From contig CAMEOO010000002.1 of assembly GCA_945929875.1 (NCBI GenBank), forward strand, positions 1,813 to 65,812: a DNA stretch of 64,000 nt, written 5' to 3'. Positions 37,917 through 46,808 of the stretch are shown here, in pieces (position 1 is the stretch's first letter; each line of letters begins with the position of its first letter). This DNA comes from an uncultured Bacillales bacterium. Its GTDB lineage: Bacteria; Bacillota_I; Bacilli_A; RFN20; CAG-449. The position numbers and the translations under genes are program-made. The notes below the pieces were generated by a model that ran no database searches, was not told the origin of the DNA, and saw only the letters and a program-made list of their open reading frames with translations.

Positions 37917-37975
37917 TGTGCAAAAACAAATTAAATTTGCACAGATAAATACAAAAAAATTAAATTGATGTGCAA
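37917..37975. promoter_or_regulatory. Three TGTGCAA boxes upstream of fic (one inverted pair plus one extra copy)
   Basis: tgtgcaaa at 37917-37924 and tttgcaca at 37936-37943 form an 8-bp-arm inverted repeat. A third tgtgcaa lies at 37969-37975. They overlap TTGCAC -35-like hexamers on the minus strand. Confidence 0.35.
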
Positions 37976-37984
37976 TTTTAATGA

Positions 37985-38016
37985 AAAAAGAAAAACTCTG
38001 ACTTTTACATCAGAGT
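37985..38016 (-). terminator. Rho-independent terminator after the COG2865 pseudogene
   Basis: Minus-strand stem ctctga/tcagag, followed by TTTTTCTTTTTT. Confidence 0.55.
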
Positions 38017-38164
38017 AATTTCATCAAACATGTCTATTTAGCACATAATAAATATAAAAATAAGAAAATGCGTGTAATTAAATACGATGAACAACATATC
38101 GATTACGTAAATACAATTTATCTAATAAAAATTAAATATTATTTATTCAGTACAAGAAAAATAT

Positions 38165-39465
38165 CTATTTTAAAACTTCCCAATAACCCGATTTTCTTGA
38201 TCCGTTTCGTTTAATAATGTTAATGTTTTGTAGTTTATTCAAGTTATTTTGAATTGCTGTATGACCTAACCCTGTCTCTCTAGAAATACCTTCAATAGTT
38301 ATAGTTGGGTTGTTTCTCAAAGATTTTAAAATTAAAATTTGACTTTTGTTTAAACTTTTATTAACCACATATTCACCACTAATATTAACCACATTCGGAG
38401 AAATTTGATAATCTACAACATTTATAAAATTAAATGGGATCGTAACTTGAATCCAATTATTAGCAAATTCAAAAGCTTTTTCACCATAACTATTCAAAAT
38501 TGTTGGAACTCCTCGTCCTGTTCTTTCGCTAATATGCAATTGGATAAAAATGTCAGAAAGTTTTTTATTTTTAGGTTCACTTTTTCCTTTATAAAAATCT
38601 GCTATTGTAAGTTTTGGAGAAAGGGCACCATGAGATAAAATCTCAATTCTATCTGAATAAAATGTAAACATAGGTGCGTTATTTGTCGTCCAATCATTAT
38701 GAACAAACGCATTAATTATTGCTTCACGATATGCATTAGCATCAAAAAGGAATATATCTTTTCTTGTTACGATTCTATTTCTTTCATCAGCTTGTGGAAT
38801 ATTAAAAGTATCCCCATAATCTAAAACTTTATCTAAGGATAGCAGTAAATTTATCATTCCAAATTCTTTGACAGAAAACATGGGATCTGCTTTAGATTTT
38901 CCAGCAAAAACAGCTACTCTAATATTAATATGTGAATTATCTGATAATAATTGCGCAAGTAGATTATATTTTCCATCATCAGTTAATAAACCTAAATTTT
39001 CTTTAAATGTATCTAAATTCAAAAAGATACCTTTTGATGAATAATAATTTATAAGAGAATTAAAAGATAAATCTTGATATTGTGAAACAATCGTTTCAAG
39101 AGAATCTTCTTTATGATTCAAACAATTCTAAATTTCAGCTTCTTTTTCTGGATATCGTAAAAGGCTTTCTAGACTAGATCCAATTCTAGTATATCTTATA
39201 TCCTTAAAGGAAGTAGGAATGTTCTTCGCGGCTGGCACAATTAATACAACTACTCTTTTTCCTTTATGGTAAAATTCGTCGAACTTAAAATTTATGCAAG
39301 GATAAATATTTTTGGTTCTATATTCCAATCAAATGTAGTTCCAACAACTTCGTGAGTAGAATCGTTTATTCCCCAAAAAAAGAAGGCATAATCAGAATGA
39401 GTAATTAAGGCCGCATTAGATCCGATAACAGTCACCACGGAATTTTGCAACAATTCAAAATTCAC
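38165..39465 (-). pseudogene. Disrupted COG2865-type gene (AlbA_2/Schlafen-like N-domain + HATPase_c_4-like + C-terminal wHTH)
   Basis: Three collinear pieces. Frame A (about 39465-39310) reads NSVVTVIGSNAALITHSDYAFFFWGINDSTHEVVGTTFDWN. After a frameshift near the A-run at about 39315-39325 comes ORF 39128-39328 (KRVVVLIVPAAKNIPTSFKDIRYTRIGSS). An in-frame TAG at 39128-39130 is followed in the same frame by ORF 38165-39121 (REAIINAFVHNDW ... wHTH). Confidence 0.7.
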
Positions 39466-39493
39466 TCTAAAAAGTGCAAAAAAGCAAAGAAAA

Positions 39494-39517
39494 AAGCGAT
39501 ATTTTTTGTATCGCTTG
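39494..39517 (-). terminator. Rho-independent terminator of the tRNA cluster
   Basis: Minus-strand hairpin aagcgata-caaaaaa-tatcgctt, followed by TTTTCTTTGCTTTTTT. Confidence 0.65.
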
Positions 39518-39530
39518 TGTCCTCTAGAAA

Positions 39531-39619
39531 TGGTGCCCAGAACCAGAATCGAACTGGCACGACCCGCGAAGGTCGCAAGATTTTAAGTCTTGTGCGTCTA
39601 CCTATTCCGCCATCCGGGC
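39531..39619 (-). tRNA. tRNA-Leu(TAA)
   Basis: Reverse complement GCCCGGATGGCGGAATAGGTAGACGCACAAGACTTAAAATCTTG...GGGCACCA. The anticodon loop CTTAAAA, a long variable arm and an encoded CCA are present. Confidence 0.9.
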
Positions 39620-39625
39620 ATCAAA

Positions 39626-39701
39626 TGGTGATTCACTGGAGATTCGAACTCCAGACCCCTTGATTAAAAGTCAAGTGCTCTACCGACTGAGCTAGTGAAT
39701 C
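39626..39701 (-). tRNA. tRNA-Lys(TTT)
   Basis: Reverse complement GATTCACTAGCTCAGTCGGTAGAGCACTTGACTTTTAATCAAGGGGTC...CACCA; anticodon loop CTTTTAA. Confidence 0.9.
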
Positions 39702-39709
39702 AATCAAAT

Positions 39710-39785
39710 TGGCTGGGGTAGCTGGAATCGGACCAGCGAAATGCTAGAGTCAAAGTCTAGTGCCTTACCGCTTGGCTATACCCCA
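39710..39785 (-). tRNA. tRNA-Gln(TTG)
   Basis: Reverse complement TGGGGTATAGCCAAGCGGTAAGGCACTAGACTTTGACTCTAGC...CCCCAGCCA; anticodon loop CTTTGAC. Confidence 0.9.
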
Positions 39786-39791
39786 ATGAGA

Positions 39792-39877
39792 TGGTGGGAG
39801 AAGGCGGATTTGAACCACCGAACCTGAAGAGGAACTGATTTACAGTCAGCTGCGTTTGGCCACTTCGCTATTCTCCC
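39792..39877 (-). tRNA. tRNA-Tyr(GTA)
   Basis: Reverse complement GGGAGAATAGCGAAGTGGCCAAACGCAGCTGACTGTAAATCAGT... with a long variable arm and an encoded CCA. Confidence 0.9.
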
Positions 39878-39880
39878 AAA

Positions 39881-39956
39881 TGGTGGAAGTTACAGGGCTC
39901 GAACCTGTGACATCTACCTTGTAAGGGTAGCGCTCTCCCAGCTGAGCTAAACTTCC
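39881..39956 (-). tRNA. tRNA-Val(TAC)
   Basis: Reverse complement GGAAGTTTAGCTCAGCTGGGAGAGCGCTACCCTTACAAGGTAG...CCACCA; anticodon loop CTTACAA. Confidence 0.9.
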
Positions 39957-39987
39957 ATTTTATAGGCGTTTTTTACAACGCTTTAAT

Positions 39988-40016
39988 AATATATCAATTT
40001 AAGAAAAATAAGTCAA
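39988..40016 (-). promoter_or_regulatory. Candidate sigma-A promoter of the tRNA cluster
   Basis: Minus strand TTGACT (40016-40011), a 17-nt spacer, then TATATT (39993-39988) with an upstream TG. It lies about 30 nt upstream of tRNA-Val. Confidence 0.5.
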
Positions 40017-40071
40017 TTCTTTTTTTGAAAAATATTAATTCATTTATAAAAAATGCCTGTAATAATTCTTT

Positions 40072-41355
40072 TTATTTTGCTTGAGGCTTTCCAAGAAGTT
40101 TAAACATTCTCTTTTTGTAAATTTCAACTCCTGGTTGATTGAAAGGGTTGATGTCGATTAAGTAAGCGCTCATGGCACAAGCTTTCATAAAGAAGAAGAA
40201 TAAATAGCCTAAATTATATTCATCCATCTTTGGAAGATTGATAATTATGTTAGGAATATTTCCATCTACTTCATGAGCGGCTAATGTCCCTTCAAATGCT
40301 TTTTTATTTACATAAGATAACTTCTTGCCTGAAAGATAATTTAAGCCATCTAGGTCATTGTCATCTTTTGTTATTGTTACATCATTTTGAGGTTCTTCAA
40401 CATTTAAAATAGTTTCAAATAATATTGGACTACCTTCTTGGATGAATTGACCAAGGGAATGTAAATCGGTAGAGAAAGTAGCAGAATCAGGAAGAATTCC
40501 TTTGTGATCTTTTCCTTCAGATTCACCAAATAATTGCTTAAACCATTCACCTAGTTGCGCAAGTTGGAGCTCATAAGTGATAAACATTTCCACTGATTTA
40601 TTGTTGTTGTATAAGTAGTGTCTTGCTACTGCATATTTATACGCTTCATTAGATAATACATCTGGATTATCAAGTTCAACCATTGCATCGTAGCCACCTT
40701 GCATAAATTTTCTGATGTCTAAACCAGCAACTGCAATAGGAAGTAATCCCACTGCGGTAAATACTGAATATCTTCCTCCAATGTCATCTGGAATGACGAA
40801 AGTTTGATATCCTTTTGCATCGGCTTCTTGTTTTAATGCACCTCTTTTTTTATCGGTTGTAGCAAAGATTGCTTTATTAGCTTCTTCTTCACCTACTTTA
40901 GAAATTAATAATTCTTTTAGTAATCTAAATGAAATAGAAGTTTCTGTAGTGGTTCCTGATTTAGAAATGACGTTGATTGCAAATTTTTTATCTTTCAAAT
41001 ATTCAAGAACTTGAGCAACGTAAGAGCTAGATAAAGTATTTCCAACAAAGATTACTTTAACTTTGTTAGTAGGAAATAATCCATTTAGTGCTTCTATTGC
41101 GCATCTTGCTCCTAAGTAAGAACCGCCGATACCAGCGACAACTAAAACTTCATATTTTTCTTGGATTTCTTCTGCGGCTTTAATAATTCTTTCAAATTCT
41201 TCTTTATCATAGTCTTTAAACCATGTGGTCCAACCTAAGAAATCTCCTCCTAATCCTGTTCTTTCTTTGATTTTCTTATCAATTGATTTTACGTCTTGAA
41301 TATATGCTTCAAGAGGTATTGGCGTGACTGTATGAGACAAATCTACTTTAATCAT
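40072..41355 (-). CDS. pgi: Glucose-6-phosphate isomerase
   Basis: 427 aa bacterial-type PGI with a SIS domain ([23 protein letters not shown]). Confidence 0.95.
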   Translation of the reverse strand: MIKVDLSHTVTPIPLEAYIQDVKSIDKKIKERTGLGGDFLGWTTWFKDYDKEEFERIIKAAEEIQEKYEVLVVAGIGGSYLGARCAIEALNGLFPTNKVKVIFVGNTLSSSYVAQVLEYLKDKKFAINVISKSGTTTETSISFRLLKELLISKVGEEEANKAIFATTDKKRGALKQEADAKGYQTFVIPDDIGGRYSVFTAVGLLPIAVAGLDIRKFMQGGYDAMVELDNPDVLSNEAYKYAVARHYLYNNNKSVEMFITYELQLAQLGEWFKQLFGESEGKDHKGILPDSATFSTDLHSLGQFIQEGSPILFETILNVEEPQNDVTITKDDNDLDGLNYLSGKKLSYVNKKAFEGTLAAHEVDGNIPNIIINLPKMDEYNLGYLFFFFMKACAMSAYLIDINPFNQPGVEIYKKRMFKLLGKPQAK

Positions 41356-41740
41356 TTTTTTCTTCTCCTATTTTCTTTAATTCTTCCTTAATCCAACGAT
41401 CAAGATTTTCCTCTAATGGAGTGAAATCTTGTTGATCAAGAGGAATTTTATACCTTTTCTTGGGATTAATTGATTTGAAATTTCTTACGTTTTGACGATA
41501 TCTAGTCCCTACTTGCTTTAATGAAAAACGGTAAAGATTTTTATCTTCTAAAACTTCTAATACTTTTATTTTTATCTTTTGGCCCACTTTAACGTAGTCT
41601 TCGATATTTTTTACAAAGTAGCTAGAAATTTCTGAAATGTGAATTAATCCTTGCTCGGAGTTATCTAGTTTAATGAAAGCGCCATAAGGCTGAATTCCAC
41701 TTACAGTTCCTAATACTATGTCTCCTTGTTTATACTGCAT
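41348..41740 (-). CDS. S1 RNA-binding domain protein (YugI/GSP13-like)
   Basis: S1 fold signature [20 protein letters not shown]...GLIHISE. Overlaps the pgi start by 8 nt. Confidence 0.8.
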   Translation of the reverse strand: MQYKQGDIVLGTVSGIQPYGAFIKLDNSEQGLIHISEISSYFVKNIEDYVKVGQKIKIKVLEVLEDKNLYRFSLKQVGTRYRQNVRNFKSINPKKRYKIPLDQQDFTPLEENLDRWIKEELKKIGEEKND

Positions 41741-41910
41741 GTGACACTAGTTCCTTTCTTTAGATAATTCCATAACTTATTTTAATCATTAAGTCTTTCT
41801 ATTACTAGAAAAAAAGATTGAATAAACAAAATAATTTATAAATAGTTTTATATAATTGAATTTTATTTTCTTGAAATGTAATATATATTTATTAACGAGG
41901 TGAAATAAAT

Positions 41911-42459
41911 ATGCAAGAATGGTTGATAATTTTATTATGCTGTTTAGGCGGAATAATCGCTTTGTGGCTATTGTTGATAGTCGTCGTATTAATTTTACTA
42001 TTTGTGTTAAAAAATAAAATAGGTAGGAATAAGGTTAGCATCAATATAATACTGGCTCAAAAATTTGATGTTGCTAATGTATTAGCTAAGTTTTTACTAG
42101 AAAATGGAATTGAACTACCTTCAGAAGTAAAAGATGAATTCAATATTACCGATAAGCCAAATTTTAATAGTTTTACGACATTTGAAAGAAAAACAGTAGG
42201 TAAAAGAATTAATGAGTGTACAAATACATTAAAAGAGATTGCTGATAATAGTTTTTTGAAAGACAATAAGCGCTATATAACTTTAAGCGATTCAATTGAT
42301 GATGTTGAAAAGCAATATCGTCATATGATATTGACCTATAATAACAATGTATGGGCATATAACTATTGGGTTGGTTTTATTCCATTTAGACCGATTTCAA
42401 AAATATTTAAAATTCAAAAAAAGAAACAGATTAATGAAAATAGCAAGGAGATCAAATAA
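41911..42459 (+). CDS. Divergent LemA-like membrane protein
   Basis: N-terminal TM helix. The C-terminal block QYRHMILTYNNNVWAYNYWVGFIPFRPISKIF resembles the LemA R-x-YN-x-V-x-YN...FP...F signature. Confidence 0.5.
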   Translation: MQEWLIILLCCLGGIIALWLLLIVVVLILLFVLKNKIGRNKVSINIILAQKFDVANVLAKFLLENGIELPSEVKDEFNITDKPNFNSFTTFERKTVGKRINECTNTLKEIADNSFLKDNKRYITLSDSIDDVEKQYRHMILTYNNNVWAYNYWVGFIPFRPISKIFKIQKKKQINENSKEIK

Positions 42460-44156
42460 TGAAAAAATTTTCGGAATTAAAATTTAAAAGAATTAACATG
42501 GAGAATTTATCTAATAAATTTAATCAACTTATCGATGAATTTAAAAATGCTTCTTCTTTTGAAGAGCAAAATAATGCATTGAAGAAGATTAATAGATTTA
42601 GTGATGAATTAGAAACTAATCTTACAATTGGAGAAGTGAAGTATACTTTAGATACTAAAGATAAAACTAACCAAAAGAATAAGCAAATGCTAGATGAAAT
42701 CACCCCACTTATTTCTAGTTTATTCAATCGTTTTAATAAAGAATTAATCAATGCGAAATTTAGAAAAGAACTAGAAAAAGAATGGGGGGAGTACCTTTTT
42801 GTCATGGTTCAAAATTCCTTAGATTGCTTTGATGAAAAGATTGTCCCTGAACTTCAAGAACTAAATAGATTAGATAGCGAATATACGATGCTTATCGCCA
42901 GCGCTCAAATAGATTTCCATGGAGAAGTATGTAACCTTTCTCAATTATCAAAACACGCTCAAAGTAAAGATAGAGAAGAAAGAAGAGAAGCTAGCTTACT
43001 ATCTGCAAAATTCTTTGAAGATAACAATGAAAAGATCGGCGAAATCTACGATAAGATGGTAAAAGTAAGAACTCAAATGGCTCATAAATTAGGATATGAA
43101 AACTTTGTTGAATTAGGCTATAAGAGTTTAGGAAGAACTGATTATGATAAAAATATGGTTAAAGGATATCGTGACCAAATATATCGCGATTTAGTTCCTT
43201 TTACCAATAAATTATTTAAAGAACAAGCAAAGAGATTAGGTATTAATAATCCACAATTCTACGATTATAATTTAATGTTCTTATCAGGGAATGCTCATCC
43301 AAATGGAGATAAGGATTTTATGGTAGAGCAAGCTCAAAAAATGTATCATGAATTATCTAAAGAGACTGATGAATTCTTTAAATTTATGAGAGAATATGAA
43401 CTTTTGGATTTAGAGACTAGACCTGGAAAAGCGGGTGGAGGATATATGACGTATCTTCCTAAATATAAAGCTCCATTCATCTTCTCAAACTTTAACGGCA
43501 CTTCTGGCGATGTCGATGTATTAACTCACGAATTTGGTCATGCATTCCAAGGATACATGTCTAGAAATATTAAGTGTCCTTCTTATCGTAGTCCAACTTA
43601 CGAAGCTTGTGAGATTCACTCCATGAGCATGGAATTTATCACCTATCCTTGGATGAGTCTTTTCTTTGGAGGAAATGAAGAAAAGTATCGCTATGCTCAT
43701 CTAGCTTCCGCAATTACCTTTATTCCATATGGTGTAGCGGTCGATGAATTCCAACATTGGGTTTATGAAAATCCAGAGGTAACTCATAAAGATCGATGCG
43801 CAAAATGGCGTGAAATCGAAATGAAATATCTTCCTCATAAAAAATATGATGAAGCTCCAGTTCTAAATGAAGGAGGATATTGGATGAGACAAAGCCATAT
43901 CTTTGGTTCACCTTTCTATTATATTGACTATACTTTAGCCCAAGTGGTAGCATTCCAATTCTTTATTGAAAACGAAAAGAATCACGATAAAACTTGGAAA
44001 AAGTATGTTAAGTTATGTAAGTTAGGTGGAAAATATCCATTCACTCAACTTCTTGAAAAAGCTCACTTAAATAATCCATTTGTCGATGGAACAGTTAAGA
44101 AGATTGTAAAGCCTTTAAATAGATATTTAAGTGGAATAGATATTTCTAAATATTAA
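42459..44156 (+). CDS. M3B-family oligoendopeptidase (PepF-like)
   Basis: Zincin motif THEFGHAFQ, 565 aa, no signal peptide. TAATG overlap with the LemA-like gene. Confidence 0.9.
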   Translation: MKKFSELKFKRINMENLSNKFNQLIDEFKNASSFEEQNNALKKINRFSDELETNLTIGEVKYTLDTKDKTNQKNKQMLDEITPLISSLFNRFNKELINAKFRKELEKEWGEYLFVMVQNSLDCFDEKIVPELQELNRLDSEYTMLIASAQIDFHGEVCNLSQLSKHAQSKDREERREASLLSAKFFEDNNEKIGEIYDKMVKVRTQMAHKLGYENFVELGYKSLGRTDYDKNMVKGYRDQIYRDLVPFTNKLFKEQAKRLGINNPQFYDYNLMFLSGNAHPNGDKDFMVEQAQKMYHELSKETDEFFKFMREYELLDLETRPGKAGGGYMTYLPKYKAPFIFSNFNGTSGDVDVLTHEFGHAFQGYMSRNIKCPSYRSPTYEACEIHSMSMEFITYPWMSLFFGGNEEKYRYAHLASAITFIPYGVAVDEFQHWVYENPEVTHKDRCAKWREIEMKYLPHKKYDEAPVLNEGGYWMRQSHIFGSPFYYIDYTLAQVVAFQFFIENEKNHDKTWKKYVKLCKLGGKYPFTQLLEKAHLNNPFVDGTVKKIVKPLNRYLSGIDISKY

Positions 44157-44175
44157 TTGATAATATATAAAAAAG

Positions 44176-44197
44176 AGCATAGAAATATGCTTTTTTT
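44176..44197 (+). terminator. Rho-independent terminator
   Basis: Stem agcata/tatgct with loop gaaa, followed by TTTTTTT. Confidence 0.6.
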
Positions 44198-44254
44198 AGT
44201 ATATTGTCTTTTTTTTACTTTTCGTTTAAAATTGAAGTAAGGAGATAAATTAAA

Positions 44255-44656
44255 ATGAGAATAGCATTAATAGCCCACGATAAGAAAAAATCAGATATGA
44301 TTAAATTAGCTATAAAATACAAGGATGTTTTAGCAAAACATGAAATATATGCAACCGGAACTACAGGAACCATGGTGATGGGGGAAACGGGAATAAAGAT
44401 TTATCGTATGAAGTCAGGACCTCTTGGCGGCGATCAACAAATCGGATCGATGATTGCAAATAGTCAATTAGATTTAGTTATTTTCTTAAGAGATCCATTA
44501 ACTGCGCAACCTCACGAACCAGATGTATCTGCTTTATTAAGACTTTGCGATGTCACTAATACTCCTCTTGCTACAAATATGGCTAGCTCTGAGATCATGC
44601 TTAAAGCTCTTGAAAGAGATGAAATTATTTGTAGAAAAAATATGGATGTAGAATAA
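44255..44656 (+). CDS. mgsA: Methylglyoxal synthase
   Basis: [16 protein letters not shown] and [10 protein letters not shown] motifs; 133 aa. Confidence 0.95.
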   Translation: MRIALIAHDKKKSDMIKLAIKYKDVLAKHEIYATGTTGTMVMGETGIKIYRMKSGPLGGDQQIGSMIANSQLDLVIFLRDPLTAQPHEPDVSALLRLCDVTNTPLATNMASSEIMLKALERDEIICRKNMDVE

Positions 44657-44717
44657 GGATTAATTATTAAATTTTTATTGTTTTTTCATAGTGCTTTTCA
44701 TATAATAAAAAGGCATT

Positions 44718-44802
44718 GCGGCCTTGGCGGAACTGGTAGACGCGTACGTTTGAGGGGCGTATGATTAATTTCGTGTGAGTTCAAGTCTCATAGGCCGCAC
44801 CA
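44718..44802 (+). tRNA. tRNA-Leu(GAG)
   Basis: GCGGCCTTGGCGGAACTGGTAGACGCG-TACGT-TTGAGGG-GCGTA...TAGGCCGCACCA. Acceptor pairing GCGGCCT/AGGCCGC, an AT-rich variable arm, an encoded CCA. A TATAAT lies at 44701-44706 upstream. Confidence 0.8.
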
Positions 44803-44814
44803 AATTGAAAGAAC

Positions 44815-44844
44815 GACTTTGATACAAAATGTCAAAGTTTTTTA
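44815..44844 (+). terminator. Rho-independent terminator after tRNA-Leu(GAG)
   Basis: Stem actttga/tcaaagt, followed by TTTTTT. Confidence 0.6.
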
Positions 44845-44926
44845 ATATCTAAATAGGGGTAAAAACTAGTTAAAAAAACGATTTTGGTGAGTTTCAACCC
44901 TTATTTTTGAGTTAATATCATGTTTA

Positions 44927-45057
44927 CACGATGACCCTATTAAAGCAATAAGAGAAATGGTTATTAATGCTTTTGCACATGCTTTCTATGAAAATCACCC
45001 AGAAATTGAAATAAACATTCATCCGGGTCTAATATCTATTTTTTATACTGGAAATGA
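44927..45057 (+). pseudogene. Orphan fragment of a second COG2865/HATPase_c_4-type gene
   Basis: Translates to HDDPIKAIREMVINAFAHAFYENHPEIEINIHPGLISIFYTGNE. This parallels REAIINAFVHNDW...RIEILSHG of the 38165-39121 ORF. No start codon (in-frame stop at 44888), and similarity ends where the phosphatase gene begins. Confidence 0.45.
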
Positions 45058-45060
45058 AAT

Positions 45061-46116
45061 TTATTTTGCCATGATTTCAATTAAGTTTTCGATATCTTTA
45101 ATGTCAACATTAATATCGTCACTAGTTAAATAGGAGATGGTTTTCTCTTTGAATGTCGATCCTTTTCCATATTGATTAATTGTTTTTATGTAGGTGTCGA
45201 TAGTTGAGAAAGATCTACTTCCACCGATGTTACCAAAGTTAGAATATAGATAATCTTTATATAATTCCTCTTCACCAACTTCTAACAATGCGTTGATTAA
45301 AAAGCAAATCATTCCTGTTCTATCAGTTCCGATACTACAATGGATAAACAAAGGATAATTGTCTTTATTGCCTAGTATTTTAAAAGCATCTCTTAAAGAA
45401 TCTTTATTAAGTAAAATTATATTTCCACCAGAAGACATTGGTAGAGAATAATAATTGACATCGTCACCAAGAGGGCTAGAGGTAATCCCTCCATTTTCAT
45501 TATTACTAACTTTTCTTAAATCTAATTCTGACTTGATCTTTAAATTATTTTTCATCTCTAAAATACCTTGCTCAGTAATAAGATTGTCGGTGGTTTCATT
45601 TTCATTTAATCTACTTGTACGATAGATTAAGCCTTGCTTTGTATAGTTTCCATTTATCGTCTTATATCCACCTAAATCTCTTGCGTTAGTTAATCCTTCG
45701 ATATCTAAACTTCTAGGGGCTAAAGTATCGATGACAAATTCTTTTACTTTTGTTGATTGATTATTTGAAGTAACATACCAATAATAGTTAGTATTGATCT
45801 CTAGGTTATTAACATCAATATAATTTGTATTTGTTTGATAATTTCTCTCAATATTTGCAAAATTTTTATCTTTGCTTAAAAAGAATTCGTAGTTGTTGTC
45901 ACCAAATTCATCCCAACTTAAGTTAACAGGGACAGGTTTACTTTTTTCTTCTATTCCTCTTGCATATTTACTGATATATTTATAACTTCCATTTAAAAAA
46001 TCTTGTTGATCTTGACTATGATTGTTAAAAGTAACTTTTTTTGTACATCCAACGATTGAAATTGATAAGATTGCTAATAAAGAAAGATAACTTATCTTGG
46101 TAATTGTTTTTCTCAT
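45061..46116 (-). CDS. Lipoprotein tyrosine/lipid phosphatase (Y_phosphatase3-type)
   Basis: Lipobox LSISIVGC, an FN3-like N-terminal module and the CX5R P-loop HCSIGTDRTG. Confidence 0.8.
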   Translation of the reverse strand: MRKTITKISYLSLLAILSISIVGCTKKVTFNNHSQDQQDFLNGSYKYISKYARGIEEKSKPVPVNLSWDEFGDNNYEFFLSKDKNFANIERNYQTNTNYIDVNNLEINTNYYWYVTSNNQSTKVKEFVIDTLAPRSLDIEGLTNARDLGGYKTINGNYTKQGLIYRTSRLNENETTDNLITEQGILEMKNNLKIKSELDLRKVSNNENGGITSSPLGDDVNYYSLPMSSGGNIILLNKDSLRDAFKILGNKDNYPLFIHCSIGTDRTGMICFLINALLEVGEEELYKDYLYSNFGNIGGSRSFSTIDTYIKTINQYGKGSTFKEKTISYLTSDDINVDIKDIENLIEIMAK

Positions 46117-46252
46117 ATTGCCTCCTGATATAGTTTTATTTTACCACATATATGATTATGAAGGTAGTTACAAAAATAGTGAAAGTGAAAATAAAGAAAA
46201 GTTGATTACAATAATTTTTTACTTTATTATTGAACTAAGGGGAAAATAAAAT

Positions 46253-46786
46253 ATGGAATATATAGTTAAAGGAAAAAAATACGTCGTTATTTCAAAACTA
46301 GGGCATGGTAAAGGAGGTTATTCCTTTTTAGTGGAATGTGAAGGCAAACAATATGTACTAAAAAAGATTCATCATGAGCCATGTTCTTATTATACTTTTT
46401 CTAATAAAATTCAAAGTGAATATGACGCTTATAAATATTTATCCAGTTTAAATTTACCTCTTCCAATGATGTATGAAATTGACTTTGAGCAAGAAATCGT
46501 CATTAAAGAATATATTGAAGGAGAAACGATATACGATTTAGTGCTGCACGAAGAAATGAAAAAAGAATATATAGATCAAATGAAAGAAATGTGTAAAGTA
46601 TTATACGCAAATAATACTAATATCGATTACTTTCCAACTAATTTTGTAGTTAAAAATAATAAAATATATTATATCGATTATGAATGTAATAAATATATGG
46701 ATGAATGGAATTTTGAAAATTGGGGAATTAAATATTGGTCTAAAACTCCTGAATTTAATCAATATGTCAAACAAAATAGTAGGTAA
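46253..46786 (+). CDS. Minimal protein-kinase-like fold protein (177 aa)
   Basis: Gly-rich loop LGHGKGGYSF, VLKK lysine, catalytic-loop-like NIDYFPTNFVV (D-x4-N) and YIDYE in the DFG position. Confidence 0.5.
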   Translation: MEYIVKGKKYVVISKLGHGKGGYSFLVECEGKQYVLKKIHHEPCSYYTFSNKIQSEYDAYKYLSSLNLPLPMMYEIDFEQEIVIKEYIEGETIYDLVLHEEMKKEYIDQMKEMCKVLYANNTNIDYFPTNFVVKNNKIYYIDYECNKYMDEWNFENWGIKYWSKTPEFNQYVKQNSR

Positions 46787-46808
46787 TAATTATTATCTAA
46801 TCATTTTG

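Noticed and set aside
36664-39530. Intact prophage or integrative element at the tRNA cluster
   Set aside because: There is no integrase, recombinase, excisionase or structural gene, and I found no direct repeat of a tRNA 3' end. Only the Fic gene and a pseudogene are present, so at most it is a decayed remnant.
39445-39663. 72-aa plus-strand ORF in the ORF track
   Set aside because: It lies antisense across tRNA-Leu(TAA) and tRNA-Lys(TTT) and the tRNA terminator. It is an artefact of translating structured RNA genes.
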